DNA of 63,935 bases, filler included, from Lama guanicoe (Eukaryota), in NCBI GenBank assembly GCA_013239625.1. It is 198 parts of 198 records of this genome, joined end to end, with 100 filler letters (N's around TTAATTAATTAA, not from the genome) between each part and the next. Parts side by side here need not be neighbours in the genome. Positions count along the whole stretch, not along the records: positions 63,388 to 63,611 come from PNXV01041678.1; positions 63,712 to 63,935 come from PNXV01041679.1; 196 more parts are not named here. The stretch is one strand, 5' to 3'. The notes beneath the pieces are model-generated. The model was not told the origin of the DNA, did no database searches, and worked only from the letters and a program-made list of their open reading frames with translations. Position numbers and translations under genes: made by a program. How positions within the stretch are numbered: position 1 is the stretch's first letter; the number at the start of each line of letters is the position of its first letter. Positions 63,546 through 63,935 of this stretch are shown piece after piece.

Positions 63546-63711
63546 AGGGACTGTAAACATTATTTACGTTGATAATGTCTACATCCAGGTGTGCTCTTTT
63601 AGCAGCCCAGCNNNNNNNNNNNNNNNNNNNNNNNNNNNNNNNNNNNNNNNNNNNNTTAATTAATTAANNNNNNNNNNNNNNNNNNNNNNNNNNNNNNNNN
63701 NNNNNNNNNNN

Positions 63712-63935
63712 ACTGATGTAGCAAACTTCACCACCGCCTCACTTTAAGAAATCGCCAGAGCCACCCCTTTTCCAGCAACCACCACCCTCATCAGTGAATA
63801 GCCATCGACTTCAAGGCAAGACCCTCCACCAGCAAAAAGATTACGATCTGTGAAGGCGCAGATGATGGCTGGCATTTTTCAGCAACAAGGTATTTTTAAT
63901 TAAGATATGTGCACTGTTATTTTAGACATAATACC
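63712..63935 (+). mobile_element. Tigger1 transposase 3' end
   Basis: CAGCAACCACCACCCTCATCAGT...GGCAAGACCCTCCACCAGCAAAAAGATTACGA...TTTTAGACATAAT matches the recalled Tigger1 consensus. Confidence 0.88.

Noticed and set aside
224..63711. Regular repeat-spacer pattern resembling a CRISPR array or a programmed DNA-rearrangement system
   Set aside because: The repeat is a 12-bp six-frame stop linker padded by exactly 44 Ns per side. The inserts are size-sorted mammalian fragments and there are no cas genes.

Overview
This window is not contiguous DNA. It is an artificial concatenation of about 198 unrelated 222-224 bp assembly contigs, each separated by a fixed 100-bp spacer (N44-TTAATTAATTAA-N44), so no synteny or multi-gene system can be inferred across fragments. 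The contigs are placental-mammal genomic DNA, most likely camelid, judging by four copies of a short tRNA-Ala(AGC)-derived SINE matching the camelid Vic-1 type. Content is mostly repeat debris: LINE-1, L2, MIR, MLT1/MLT2/ERVL, Tigger/MER2/Charlie, and two satellite families. The informative fragments are: exon 1 of OGFRL1 with AGG TGC where ATG GGC is expected; an open betaretrovirus-like RT fragment; an LTR/tRNA-Arg PBS junction; an unidentified fully open coiled-coil coding fragment; an L1 twin-priming inversion junction; and six pairs of near-identical bubble contigs, five with a 49-bp identical 5' end that points to the assembler k-mer. Repeat and gene identifications are from recalled consensus sequences, not database searches. 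I found no supportable novel biological system.
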